A stretch of 63,013 nt of DNA, counting the filler, from Sphacelaria rigidula (taxonomy: Eukaryota), in NCBI GenBank assembly GCA_964200075.2. It is 9 parts of 9 records of this genome, joined end to end, with 100 filler letters (N's around TTAATTAATTAA, not from the genome) between each part and the next. Parts side by side here need not be neighbours in the genome. Positions count along the whole stretch, not along the records: positions 49,090 to 56,001 come from CAXNAA020017443.1; positions 56,102 to 63,013 come from CAXNAA020017444.1; 7 more parts are not named here. One strand, 5' to 3'. The notes beneath the pieces were generated by a model that was not told where the DNA came from, searched no databases, and saw only the letters and a program-made list of their open reading frames with translations. The position numbers were made by a program, and so were the translations under genes. Numbering within the stretch: the first letter of the stretch is position 1; every line of letters starts with the position of its first letter. Positions 51,303-63,013 of the stretch are shown here, piece after piece.

Positions 51303-54300
51303 TATCGTCTGAAGGCTCCGGACGCCCTGCTGTTCACGAAAAAAAACGATACGAATCCTATGGAGGACGAAACGTCGGCGGAGTTTCTGATGGCGAAGAA
51401 CGACTGCTCGCTCATGGCGTTCGGCAGCCACAACAAGAAACGTCCCAACAATCTCGTCTTGGTGAGACCGACAGAGGGAGGGAGATACAGAGAGGATCTA
51501 TTTTTTTATGCATCGTTATGCTGTGTTGGAAATCACTGTACTTCTTGGAACAATGTTGCTACTGCATGCAATGATGATTTCGGCACAGTTTTCTATACAT
51601 TCTCCACGTGAAATTTGACCAACCCCCGGAACTTGTTTTCACCAAAACACCAAAACTTGAGCAGGTCGCAATATAGTAGGATAGTAGGGGATGACACATG
51701 CAACCTGTTGCGCTTTTTTTGTCATACTTCAACCCCCCCTCTTTTTTGGGACTGGTCCAAAGTCTCGAGAGCACGGCCCATATCTCCCCCGGTACATGCC
51801 TGGGACTTTGATGCCGAGACTTGGACCAGTACTTCCGCACCCCGTCGGCTCTCGTCGAGGTTTCTTTGCTACTCACGCTCTCACCGTTTTCACCGTTTTA
51901 GCGCCCTGCGGCGTGCTGCGGCTCCCGACAGTCCCGTGGAGGATGGCGATATTGTAGACGATGAAAACCATAGCAGAATGTTCGGGCGCTAAAACGATGT
52001 CTATTATTTTACTTTTTGACCTATAGGATGGCAGCAGCCTAACATGATTGAGCAGCCAAGTTGGAGTCTTGTTGTTGTCCTAGCTTTTATTTGTGCAACG
52101 CTTAGGGCGAACAGGATGGCTGCGTGCCGTGCGTCTTCCGTATACCGCTGGTGTTACCGTTGACGCCTATAACACGGAGACGCTGCTGGTGTGCACACTT
52201 CAGGAGCGGGCACGATCTGTGTGCGTGCCATAAGCCTGGCGGACCCAAACCTCTTTGATTACGTTGAAGGCGTTGTCGTTTCCATCAAAACAGCCATTCC
52301 TGGCGAGGGAAAAAACAACTGCTGGCGCGCATGCGCTCCAAGAGGGATCAAGGGCGGAAACCAAATTCTTTCAAAACTAGCCGTGTCTGTCGGCATTCAA
52401 ACATGCAATGACCCTCCGTAACTGACTATAGTTTTGCCGGTCAGATCTCTGGGGCGCAGCGACAACACCGCTTTTTTGTTCTGGCTTCTAATCTCCTCCC
52501 CTTCCTCGGGACAAGTCCGTGGTCTCAATGGATCAACCCATCTCTCTCCCGGCACGAACCTTACATTTTGCTATCGCAGATTGGATCATGACTATGGTAC
52601 TATCAGCACTCCCGCACCTCATCGACTGTCGTCTGACAAACTTAGTCAAGCATACTCTTTTCTGTTACTTAGTCAGACACTCGTGAGAAAAGAAGATCAA
52701 GCTGGACGGATATGACAGGAATCGAACCCAGCGTCCTCTCCCGCCCTAATGGTGTCACTTGTACCACTAGACCATCGGGACATGACTGTAGCGTATGTAA
52801 ATTTTGGCAGTACGCGCATCGTAGCATATGCAGTAAGACTTGCATGCCACACTGGCATAGACATTACTGCTTGCTATTTTTGCTATCTGAAGTATACCAT
52901 GAAGAGAAAATAAGCCCTTTGCCCCCCTAGATGTGTTCAGCTGGTGGAACTGTCATTATTTTTCTCGATTGAGTGACTCTTCAGGCATGAGCGTTCATCT
53001 CCTGGTGCTCGAAGATCTCGACGCCTTTAGGCACGAAGGTGTCGACTTTTATCCGTGCACTGCCGCCGCGCCCCAGTAGTGCAATGGTGTAATGGTCCGA
53101 CTGTCACCATTAGGGTGGAGAGAACGTCGGTTCGAATCCCGATGCGTTCGTTTTTTTCCTTCGAAGTATCTGATTCACACCGTCGACAGCGTGAGTGGGT
53201 GAGTAAATCAAATAGTTGACTGAGTTTGTTTGACGAGAGTCGACGCGGTACGGGAGCGCTGATAGTCATGATCCAATGCGCGAGACAAAAATGCAAAGCG
53301 GGTACTGCCCGCTGCAGACCCTCTCGTAGGTTGATTGTCTTGTGTCAGTTGATTCCCAACGAACACCTTGGCAGGCGAGTAGTGGGAGTGCTATACAGAC
53401 TGTCCGATGGTGCAGCGAGGCAAGCACTGACGTCTGAATGAATCGACTTTCCCGGTCACGAGAGAAGTGGGGTGACGGAAAGAAGAAAATTAATAGTGAT
53501 CTGTAGTTTAAACCGTTGAGATGTGCACTGCAGGATACATTCGGATGGCTGAGATTGACTAAAATCGTCGTCTTGATCCCAAGCCATATTTATCGGGCAA
53601 AGCGATATTTTTCCAACAGTCTCTGCTGTACAACTCCCATACACTGACTGTCAGTATATGTCCACATGACCATGCTACGAAGCTTCAGCTGGTGATTATG
53701 GATAAATAGCATACGCCCTCCAGGTCTTTACACATGATATTGAAAACGTCGTAGTCGCTCGTCTACGAAATTGCACAGTATCCCTCGACGGGGTTGTCTA
53801 CCGCGGTCGCTATGTCGGTACTCCTCCCGTCAGGGTCTAGGATCGCGGTTGCAGTGTAGAGCGCACACAGGTTCCTCGTCCTACATGATGTGTCGCAAAT
53901 TCCTGGTCTTGTCTTCAAATTTGATTTGTAGGGGACGTTCGTGTGAGCAAGCTACATCAGGCTGCGGCACAGGAAGCACGTACACTATCCAGCTCTACAC
54001 TAATAAATTTAAGGTTGGGAGATGAGTATGTGTTGACGTAAAAACTCCACCAGCTATACTGTTAACCCTGACACGCCTCGGTACTAACGTCGATACGTAT
54101 AGTCTTGTCCGCGTGAGGTGGAGGAAATTTTGTTTTCTTTGTCGTTTGTCGTTTGTGTTGTAGATCCTTACATGCCCCGATTTTCACATGAATACGGCGA
54201 TGACAGGCACGTACGTTCGACGGACACATGCTGGACATGATCGAGCTCGGGCTCATAGGATACAAGGCGCTCGGCGAGTTGGCAGGGCTTGCCAAGCGTG

Positions 54301-54384
54301 TGGGTTCCAAACCTGCATTCTCGTTCATCGGAGAGCAGTGGGGACGAGACGAGGCACATCGGAAGCTGCAAAATTTGCTCTTGG
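51303..54384 (+). CDS. RPF2: Ribosome production factor 2 (Brix domain), two internal exons
   Basis: Exon 51303-51461 encodes YRLKAPDALLFTKKNDTNPMEDETSAEFLMAKNDCSLMAFGSHNKKRPNNLVL (cag acceptor, gtgaga donor). Exon 54207-54384 encodes ARTFDGHMLDMIELG...KPAFSFIGEQW...RKLQNLLL (cag acceptor, gtatgt donor). The join is phase 0. DCSLxxFGSHNKKRPNNLV.xR.xD.xxLDMIELG is the RPF2 signature. Flanking exons were not found on this contig. Confidence 0.92.
52550..52782 (-). mobile_element. tRNA-derived SINE family 2, in the RPF2 intron
   Basis: A box TGGTCTAGTGG (52774-52764), B box GGTTCGATTCC (52728-52718); body shared with 53075-53310. Confidence 0.68.
53075..53310 (+). mobile_element. tRNA-derived SINE family 2, in the RPF2 intron
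   Basis: A box TGGTGTAATGG (53085), B box GGTTCGAATCC (53129); shared body GTCGACGCGGTACGGGAGCGCTGATAGTCATGATCCAAT; another fragment at ~55149. Confidence 0.68.
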
Positions 54385-55589
54385 GTATGTCTGTTGCAGC
54401 CACTTGATGCTAGGGGAGAGGGTGTGTGTTGACTAAATCGTTTGCACGAACGAAGGAGCTATCTGAGATGTCTCTTCCGGCAGTACTGAGCGTGTATTAT
54501 GCGTGCCGTTGTCGATTTAGGAGGCAATAATTGCGCAAGTGGTGACAACAGTACAGGTATCCATTTCACGGTACGAGGTGGGCCCTTGCTTTCATCGAAA
54601 TCTGCTGCTCCGAAGGAGCTGCTTTCGGTAGCATTCGGCAAGCGCTCTAGCGTGGAACATGACACATTTTTGCGGATCACTTTGGGTTGACTGGGTGTGC
54701 GTTTTGGGGGTTCACGTCGTGGTGGGAGATTTCGGGTCGTGGTAGGTTTTGCTATTTTTCACATACACGATTTGTCTGTTAGGATCTGTCTTTTTCAATC
54801 CAAAGGTTTATTGTGGTGGGAACTAATCGTGTGCGTGAGATTTTTGTCTTGGAGCTTTTGCGACGTATCGTGGTGCTCATGAATTGGCAGTCAGTCGTCA
54901 AGGTATTATAATTGTGTTAGTGCTGGCAGTACAGCGAGTCGCATTCTGCGTTGACACGTTAACTACCGTACAACTCTTGTTTTTGTGAAAACGTCAGTAT
55001 CATACTTGCACGAATCCCCCGACGCGTCTCTCTCCCAAGCAAGCTAGGATAGGGTGTATAGTGCTGGGACCCGGCTGTAATTCGAAGTACAAAACGTACG
55101 CACATATTGAAATACTTGAGGCGTAATACCAGAGGAAAAACAGCAAACGTCGACGGGGTACGGGAGTGCTGATCCTTTGAAACAAAAAATAGGGATGTGC
55201 CGAGGCAGAGATAGGGTACGGTAGTGTGGGCAGATCCTATTTTGACTGCAATCGCGTCCCGAGGAAGGGCAGGGGTTTTTCGAAATTATGATGAAAGGAA
55301 TGAATCAAAGGGTAGCGTGCGACTAGCGTCGGGATTTGCATTTATGTGGCAAAGGTTTTAGCTTTGCACACGGCCTTCACAGGGTGAATATGAGAGTAGG
55401 CACAAGAAAAGCCATCTAAACAAGCTTCAAATCACCCTTGCTTTGGGCTTTCAAGAGTACACGAAATCACCACGTTATCGCTTTCACGAAATCCTAGTAT
55501 CCCATGGCGTTAGATTTCTATACGTCGGAGTTCTGAGCACCGACTTGAACACAGGTGGTCCTCTCATTTTTGTGGCGCATGACAATATG

Positions 55590-55840
55590 TACTCTGGCAG
55601 AACAAGATGCTCTGTCCAGTTCAACCGGATAGCAATTCATTTGATCCGTGCTGGATAGAGCATATTCTTATCCAGTGCACATGAAAAATCAGCACACTTC
55701 ATTCTATGAATCGAGATGTACTCCGGGAAAACAAGATGATCTGTCCAGTTCAATCCGATTGCAATGCAGTTGAGCCGTGCTGGATAGAGCACTTATCCAG
55801 TGCACATGGAAAATCAGCACACACTTCATCTATGAGTCAT
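55590..55840 (+). repeat. ~130-bp tandem duplication
   Basis: AACAAGATG..TCTGTCCAGTTCAA...CCGTGCTGGATAGAGCA...TATCCAGTGCACATG occurs twice. Confidence 0.75.
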
Positions 55841-56214
55841 GCCACTTGTTCTACCATTTCCCCAGAGCAGCTGCAACCATCGCAAAAAGAACCTTCGCAT
55901 ACATCGCTCCCCCCCCCCCCCCCCCCCGATTTTCCCCAACATCTTCCCCCTCTTTTTTTTTTTTTCCCTTCTTTTTTTCTCTTGCTCTTCTTTCCTTCTT
56001 TNNNNNNNNNNNNNNNNNNNNNNNNNNNNNNNNNNNNNNNNNNNNTTAATTAATTAANNNNNNNNNNNNNNNNNNNNNNNNNNNNNNNNNNNNNNNNNNN
56101 NGATCCATAGGTTACCCCCCCCCCCCCCGATTCGCATCTCTAACTGTTGTCGTGTATACCATCCAGTTCGTCCACGCTCAGAGAACATGGGGAAACATTC
56201 CTGATACTATGTGT

Positions 56215-56838
56215 CATCTAGACCGGCCATTAAAAGCTCCTATTCAAATATACTTGGATCAGTCGTGAGAAGTCCGTCTACTGCTCTCGGACCTGCGTAA
56301 TTATCACACGTACCGGGGGAAGCTGAGGAGGGGGCAGGCCCTACACTCCCTGAGGGAGTATGTGGGAACCCAGCACCGCGGAGAGCATGCACTGTACTCC
56401 CTAAGGGTGTGGGCGGAAACCCAATGCCGGGGGAGTAAACACTATCCTTCCTGAGGGAGTAGTCGGGAATCCAACACCGGGGGAGCATGTACCACACTTG
56501 GAGTATAGTGCATACTGCCCCCAGTGTTGGGTCCCCACACACTCCCTCAGGATGTATAGTGCAAGCTCCCCCCGTTTTGGGTTCCCACCTACGCGCTCAG
56601 AGAGTATGTGTCTGTTCCCCCCGGTGTCGGGTTCCTGACTACTCCCTCAGGGAGTACAGTGTCTGCTTCCCCCGGTGTTGGGTTCTCGCCTATTCCCTCA
56701 GGGAGTGTGGGGCCTCCTCGCCCCTTGGCTCCCCCTGGTACGTGTGATAATTACGCAGGTCTGATATCAGTAGACCGACTTCTCATGACTGATCTAAGTA
56801 TATTTGAAGACGAACGTTGAATGGCGCCGATCTAGATG
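56215..56838. mobile_element. MITE with ~105-bp TIRs and internal ACTCCCTCAGGGAGT repeats
   Basis: CATCTAGACCGGCCATT...ACCTGCGTAATTATCACACGTACC is mirrored at 56732-56838; no clear TSD. Confidence 0.7.
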
Positions 56839-58938
56839 AAAATACCTGCAGATGCCGCATTTTATTCCCCAGTGTATTCTTGTCCAGAGGCTGTTGTCGA
56901 AATCCCGAAGCCGTGCGAATCGGAAAAGTGGGCTAGACTCCTCCCGGTGGGGCGATGCAAAGTGTCCAAGACGTGTGACGGCGATATTCTCTGTTTTGCG
57001 GCCAAGAATCGTGTCAAATGTCTCAGAACTGGAGAATACGAGGCAACAAAAATACGAACCGTGAGGCCGTGTCTTGAGGTTTGTTTGTTTCACAGAAATC
57101 GCGCAAAAAAAAAATAAGAGGAGGAAAGTTTACTTTTGCGCCATGAGCCCTCCTGGCTTTCATTTTTCTCTTTTTCTTTATTCGAGACGGGGCGCGACGC
57201 TTACACACTAGAACAGACACCCCTTTAAATCCCGCTGGCGGTGCCTCTGTTGCCTCCCCGCTCTTTTGGTACCCTCCCTCCAACCCCCCGAGAAATATAT
57301 AGGGGAACCGTAAGATAAGGTCAGCATTTGTGGTCGTATTTTCTAGCGACATTTTTTTATGGTATTTTTTTTTTTAAACGATACGATGGGAAAAACGAAC
57401 CGTAAGAGTCGGCCTCAGAGTCAATTTGTGCCGAGGATCACGAATATGCCCCTTTTCCTCCTCTCGGATGATACTTCGAAGTGTATCATGCCCTTGATAA
57501 AAAAATATGTCTTGAAGACACGTTAATCGATCATATTGGAATTTTGCGATGTATTGCCGGCGTAATATATATTGGTACCCTTGGACTACACACATATTGC
57601 GCGCCCAATATATATTTTTGATGTCGTCGGACTGCATACATTTTGTCCGCCCAATATATATTTGTACCGTGGGATTACACACATGTTGTCTCATTCATAC
57701 GTCGTACATATTGGGGGCATTGTAGGCGACGACATATTGCACGACCGATATATATATATATATATATTAGGGCGGCATTGGTGAGAATATAACATTTTGC
57801 ACGGGTCAATATATATTAGATATTACAAGTATGGTGTACGCTTTGAGAAAGATCCAGACGCGACGGATGCCGGAGCCCGTGCAGTTTGGGAAAATATTTG
57901 AAGGAAGCCAAAGAAGTTTGCGTGCATTGCGGCGGAGAGTTGTCGAATGCATTTGATGAAAATATATTGACCGAAAAGTATGATGACAGAAGAGGCGACG
58001 CGGTATATATGCCTTTTGATACCTATCTGACCACCGGTGCGATGCCGGTCATCCCCTTCAGACCAACTTGTATGGCAGCCAATCCCGAATCTAGCGGGAC
58101 CCGAATCTGTGCCAAATCGGGGGGACTCAGATTCGCGAAACTCAGATCTGTGTGTACTCCTTTATGGCTTTACAGATTTGTTGAAATCGTTCTGTACACG
58201 GACGATCATTTTCTGGGCGGGTGCTGTCTGACAGTAGTGAAACCGAAGAGTAGGCATTCAGTGAATCATCCTTCAAGAGTAGCGTCCTACCGTGGTACCC
58301 TAGGTTATAATGCAGTGCAGTACACGGCACAATCACAGTACACGATAATGCAGTGCAGTACACTGCACGGTCACATAACGGTGCACAGTGTGCGACAAGA
58401 GTTCACGACTGCAGTGCCATTCATCACGCTGCAAGTACCGTGACAGCAGTGTAGGATAATACAGTACCGCTCGTTATGATGATACACACAGCAGTGCAGT
58501 GCAGCATAAATATTGCCATCGCCGCAGGGTACGGCGTCAAAACTTCTTATCCACTTGTCAAACCCCGTGCGGAGCCGCTCCACTAGCTGGTGCTGGCAGG
58601 CACGGTCTGTGCTGTCACGAGACTGTCTGCTGCTGTTGTTGCAAAAATATCACACGCATGTTGCCCTAGAACTGTACGTCAACATACGTACGTCACTTCC
58701 GATAGATTCAGGGGACCTCGATTTTCCCCAGATCTGCGCTTTGATTCGGGAAAAACCGTTCTCGAATCGTGAAGTACTAGTCTGAGCCTCCCTGATGTGC
58801 GCCAAATAGGGGTCTATACAAAGCGGTTCCGGATCTGAGGTCCCCTGATCTGCGTACAGGTCCGTTTTTGTGACTGCCATACAAGATGGTCTCAGGATCT
58901 GTCTTGAGCAGCATGAGCGAAGACAGGCCCTCAGAGTA

Positions 58939-60112
58939 CGAGTTGGGCCAGCAGTAAATCCCGCTTTTGCATGTCACACCATGACTTCTCAAGCTCATCA
59001 AATCAGCCCGACTTGACTATATTGGTGTAACCTGCAGACCAATCTGTCAACGCACGGCACCGCCACTGAATGAAGCAAAAATTGAAAGAAAAAATTATGT
59101 ACTGCATCATGTATAACCTTACCGACGGAACAAAAAAACGAATTCGTTGGGATTCGAACTCGTGACCGCCATAACTGGAGTCTCTTGTATCGCTTGGATC
59201 AGAGGGGCGCAGCGGTGTCGCACAAAAAGCGCCCTGCCGCGCCCAATTTGAGATATTTTTGCACCATAATCTCCAGCACATAAGTAAGCAAACCACCCCG
59301 AGGGACGCCGATGTACTTTTTTGTTTTCACGGTGTTATACGAGCTGGGCCAGCCAAAAGTAGATCTGAATTTCACTCAGGCGACACCCCGCGTGATATTA
59401 CGAGTTGGACGCTTAAATTTCGACAGCAGCTTTTTGTGATCGAAATGCAGAAGATCACGTGAGCAGCAAAGAAAAATAGAAGAAAAAGAAGTTATGGGGA
59501 TTCGAAATTTCAGCAAAAACAAAATAATGCCATAAGTCCAGGAAAAAAAAGGAGAATCTGCAGCTGCTCACGTTGTGTATCATTTCCTTGGGTGCAGAAG
59601 GCCTTCCTGGAATTTCAGCTCAGGAGTTGTCGAATTGGGCCGTGCGTGCAACATTTTGCGTGACGTTGCTGCACCCCTCTAATTCAAGTGATAACTCTAA
59701 TTATGGAGGTCATGAGTTCGAATCCCGACATATCCTATTTTTTTTTTCGTCCGTCGTTGAGGTCATATATTATGCAGTACATTTTTTTCATTCAGCGGCG
59801 GTGCCGTGACCAGGTTGGTCTGCACTTCACAGTGATCTGCTTACATCGGATTCATTCGGGAAACTGGGGAAGCTGTGGTGTGATAAGGTTTTAGCAGCGT
59901 TTAGGCTGGCCCAGCTTGTAGCATTTTTCCAGTTTTTGCAGAAACTTCAAATCGCTCCAACTTTCTGTTTCGTTTTGTTTTTCGTTGCATCCCCCGGACG
60001 GTTGTGCGTATTAGTGATTAAAACGTCGCATCAAGATTTCAGCGCCCAACTTCTCGAATTACCCACAGCCGGGCCCGGAAACATTGAAAAATCAGTCAGC
60101 TGGCCCAGCTCG
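58939..60112 (-). mobile_element. Outer CGAGCTGGGCCAG-family MITE
   Basis: TA|CGAGTTGGGCCAGC ... GCTGGCCCAGCTCG|TA; internal 59030-59260 is the reverse complement of the family body. Confidence 0.72.
59340..59918 (+). mobile_element. Inner CGAGCTGGGCCAG-family MITE nested in a relative
   Basis: TA|CGAGCTGGGCCAGCC ... GGCTGGCCCAGCTTG|TA. Another right end of this family lies at ~21086-21103. Confidence 0.8.
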
Positions 60113-61036
60113 TACGTAATATATCTTTGCTAAAGATAACGACGGCAGAAAGCGCGGGTTGATTTGCGCCTTTTAGTACAGCATAGATCACTTGCGCGAA
60201 GCAATCATTTGCTTCGGATACTTTCGCGCCAGGAATCGATGACACCACGTGGGCATTCAGCGCCGAACTGCACTAGACTTCGTTTCACGTTCCTTCTCCT
60301 GTACGAGAGATTGTCGGTGCGCCCACCAGAAATAGACGCCGTATACAGTGGCACTAGACTTCGCTTTTACGGTCCTTGTTCGCGAGAACGCGTTCGTTCG
60401 CGCGCCGTATCTTACGCCCTGGAAATAAGGCCGGTCCAGTTGTTGTTGGAGGTACATATCACGAGCTCGAGTTGTCTCATATATCTAACTTGTTGGGACC
60501 ACCGCGATAACGCGTCCGTTCGAACGGTCGCGAACGGATGTGTACCCCCGCACAAAATGTAGCACGAATCCGCGTAGCGGACCCGTAGCATTGGACTTGG
60601 CCCCAACAGTCATCTCCTGGGGTGGGTGCGGAGGAACTTGCACACTAAAACCGGCATAAATATCGTGGACGCCTCGTTACAAAGTATACTTCACGCTCGC
60701 GAGCTCGAAATATTCCATACATACCGCATATATTATTTTGTATTGTCCAGGGTGTATATTAGCTCTTTTCCGTCTCGTTCTTCCCCTTTCTATGCTTTTG
60801 TCTTGTTCTTATTTTTTCGTTTTCCCATTCCCTCCATTCGTTTGTTCTTGTACCTTGGGTATGTCTTCGTTGTAGATAATGACCATGGCGGGGTCCCTCA
60901 GAGATTAGTAGATGTGCGACAGTCATTACCGAAAGCGCAGTGTTGTCGTCCCATTTGACTAGACGTGCCTGGAAATTATCCCCTCTCTCACGCAGCTGTA
61001 CCTGAAAGTGACTAAACACGGCAGTCAGAACCGGGA

Positions 61037-61399
61037 GTGTGTGTTGTGTGTTGTCGTTCCATCTATTCCGGGCGCCGGTCTACACCTTTCGGTATACGTG
61101 GTCGCACCAGCCGGGGCCACACAGGAGGATGGTTAACACAGGAGCTTTTTGTTTTTTATTTGTTTTTAGTATCCCACCGTCCTTCTACGGTGCTTGCCTT
61201 TCTTTTTTTATCGCGAGAGGGGTTTAGCAGTCCCTTTCCCTCGTTGACCGTTAAGTCGAATTTTGTGTACCCACGACATAGTCGCTCTCCACTGTGGGCT
61301 TTGTGTGAGAAAAAATCCCAGATCACTCCGAGATTCGAACCCACCACCCAACCGTAAGGAGGTTTCAAGGTTACCAACTGAGCCACCGGGGCGACCGGC
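61037..61399 (-). mobile_element. tRNA-derived SINE family 1, full length
   Basis: A box TGGCTCAGTTGG (61385-61374), B box GGTTCGAATCT (61341-61331), ~280-bp body, (CACAA)n tail, flanks ACTCCT/ACTCCC. Confidence 0.82.
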
Positions 61400-61419
61400 A
61401 GGAGTCCATTGTGCAGTTC

Positions 61420-62271
61420 CGAAGCGAAATCAGAAGATGCCAATCGTGACCTCTCCTCTTCCCTGCGAAGGTTTCGTACCCCGCAAATTCAATACCCACG
61501 AAATTCAGCTTCGAAATTTCGAACGGGAACTTTGCCGACACGGGAGAAGCAACCGAACCTGCTCTTCGCTGCAGAAGCTTGATTCCCCGCAAATTCCAAG
61601 AGCCGCTTCTGCTGCAACTTTTTGTTCCCGATCTCGGATTTGACTGTTCACTCTGAACACGAATCATGCTCAGTGACACTCCCGAAGTGGTGAAACCCCA
61701 TGAACTATACAAAGCCGTCACCAATACTTGACTGTACTGTATCCTCTACTCTATCCTTTATCCTGTACTAAATCGGTCACGACATCAGTGTACTGTGCTC
61801 TCCGTTCATGTAATGCCGTGCAAAGCACGCCGACGGCCCGATAATCAACAAACATGCTGCATAGCTCCTGGCATGCCGAAGGCACAACGTCAGCTGTGGT
61901 ACGCAACGCCCCCCCGTGGAAACGTAGCATGATCACTCACCAGAGCACGGGGGGGAAAGCGGTTGTGGAGGGAAGGCAACGTTCTTGACAACAAAAGGCA
62001 TGGATATTTGCCGTTAAGCAGTTGCTCCTGCACAGGCGGGTAGGACGCAGAAAACATGCGGGGCAAAGGCGCAGCAGAAGCGGCGTTTGTCGTCCGCGGA
62101 GAATCGAGCTTCCGCGGCAAAGAGCCGGTTTGATTGCCTCTCTTCCGTCCTGCGGAGTTCATGCCCAACGTTTCAAAGCGAAACTTCGTGTGCATCACAA
62201 TTTTCGGGGTACCAAATGTCAGCGGCAGAGAAACAGGATATGTAGCTCTTGGCATCTGCGAATTTCGCCTC
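61420..62271. repeat. Old diverged ~210-bp inverted repeat
   Basis: 61420-61631 vs reverse complement of 62059-62271 (shared GAAGCTYGATTC, GCCGCTTCTGCTGC, GTACCCCG). Confidence 0.6.
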
Positions 62272-62842
62272 ATGGTTGCCGAGGGAAATTTTATTACTAC
62301 CGTGTCTGGCCACTTTCAGGTACTCATGGAGTTGCAGGCACAGTTTGGGGGGAGAGTAGACACACGTTCACTCACCACCTGCATTTTCGGTAATGTCAAG
62401 TAGTCTGCTCTCTCAGTCAATCCGATGGCGCATTTGGGGCATCTTACAGTGTTTCGCAGTTGTTCCTGAAAATATCCAGAAAGTTCTCAGTTGTACCTTA
62501 ACGTGACCATGGACCTTTGATTTACACGCCGAGCACCTCGTCCTGAAAACCCTGTAGGGCGAGTCTGACTTGAGTAATTCGAGGAAAATGAGGACGAGTC
62601 GTGGGTCAAGTCATACGAGTCACACCCGAAAGAAACGATCTTGAGCTTTTGAGTCGCGAGCAAGTCATTGGCGTCATCTGGGAAAAGTGAGGACGACTCT
62701 TACTTACTCGTACGGGCCTTATCGTGAATGAAGTGAATCCGCGAAAACCTCGATGAATTCTGGTCCCAGGGTTACAGAGACCCGGACTCGTTGGACATGT
62801 GGAGACTTCGCAGACCAATACGAAGAAAATGCGGCAAAAAAT

Positions 62843-63013
62843 GAATAGGGCGAGCACTCGAGTCATTGCTCGTTGTGGAAAAATGTGATGACTTGAGCAC
62901 ACGAGTCATTGCTCGTTGTGCAAAAAATGAATAGGGCGAGCACCCGAGTCATTGCTCGTTGTAAAAGAAAATGAATAGGGCGAGCACTCGAGTCATTGCT
63001 CGTTGTAAAAATA
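62843..63013 (-). repeat. Same ~43-bp tandem family, reverse strand
   Basis: GGGCGAGCACTCGAGTCATTGCTCGTTGT-like unit, 4 copies, running to the contig end. Confidence 0.8.

Noticed and set aside
53075-53150. Functional tRNA gene (also 61325-61399 and 20268-20345)
   Set aside because: A/B boxes are present, but I see no complete cloverleaf, and each head continues into a repeated SINE body.
57886-58140. ORF with VCVHCG zinc-finger-like motif
   Set aside because: Short, with no supported start or splice sites; possibly a transposase C-terminal relic but unassignable.

Overview
This window is eukaryotic, repeat-rich DNA, and it is not one locus. It is nine unrelated ~6.9-kb contigs (1-6913, 7014-13926, 14027-20939, 21040-27952, 28053-34965, 35066-41977, 42078-48989, 49090-56001, 56102-63013) joined by artificial 100-bp N44-TTAATTAATTAA-N44 linkers. 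Long introns, small GC-rich exons and the repeat landscape suggest a brown alga or other stramenopile (inference). Most ORFs in the supplied track are spurious. Three partial spliced host genes can be rebuilt from GT-AG sites with matching phases: (1) a minus-strand gene joining a TPR-like repeat via a Gly linker to a complete prefoldin subunit 1 (beta-type) domain, (2) RPF2 (Brix domain), and (3) a membrane protein with an MCTP/GRAMD4/Pex30-like hydrophobic region. The rest is mostly non-autonomous transposons whose TIRs and TSDs can be read directly: Tc1/mariner, piggyBac-, hAT-, PIF/Harbinger- and Sola-like MITEs, two tRNA-derived SINE families and a pogo/Fot1 transposase relic. Highlights are a mariner with two insertions whose transposase frame is restored on excision of one, a 4-bp-TSD MITE backed by a paralogous empty site, a self-nested MITE carrying a tRNA-like Pol III cassette, MITEs carrying telomere-like repeats, and a ~63-bp minisatellite with a 7-mer higher-order period. 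No CRISPR, rRNA or intact tRNA genes were found.
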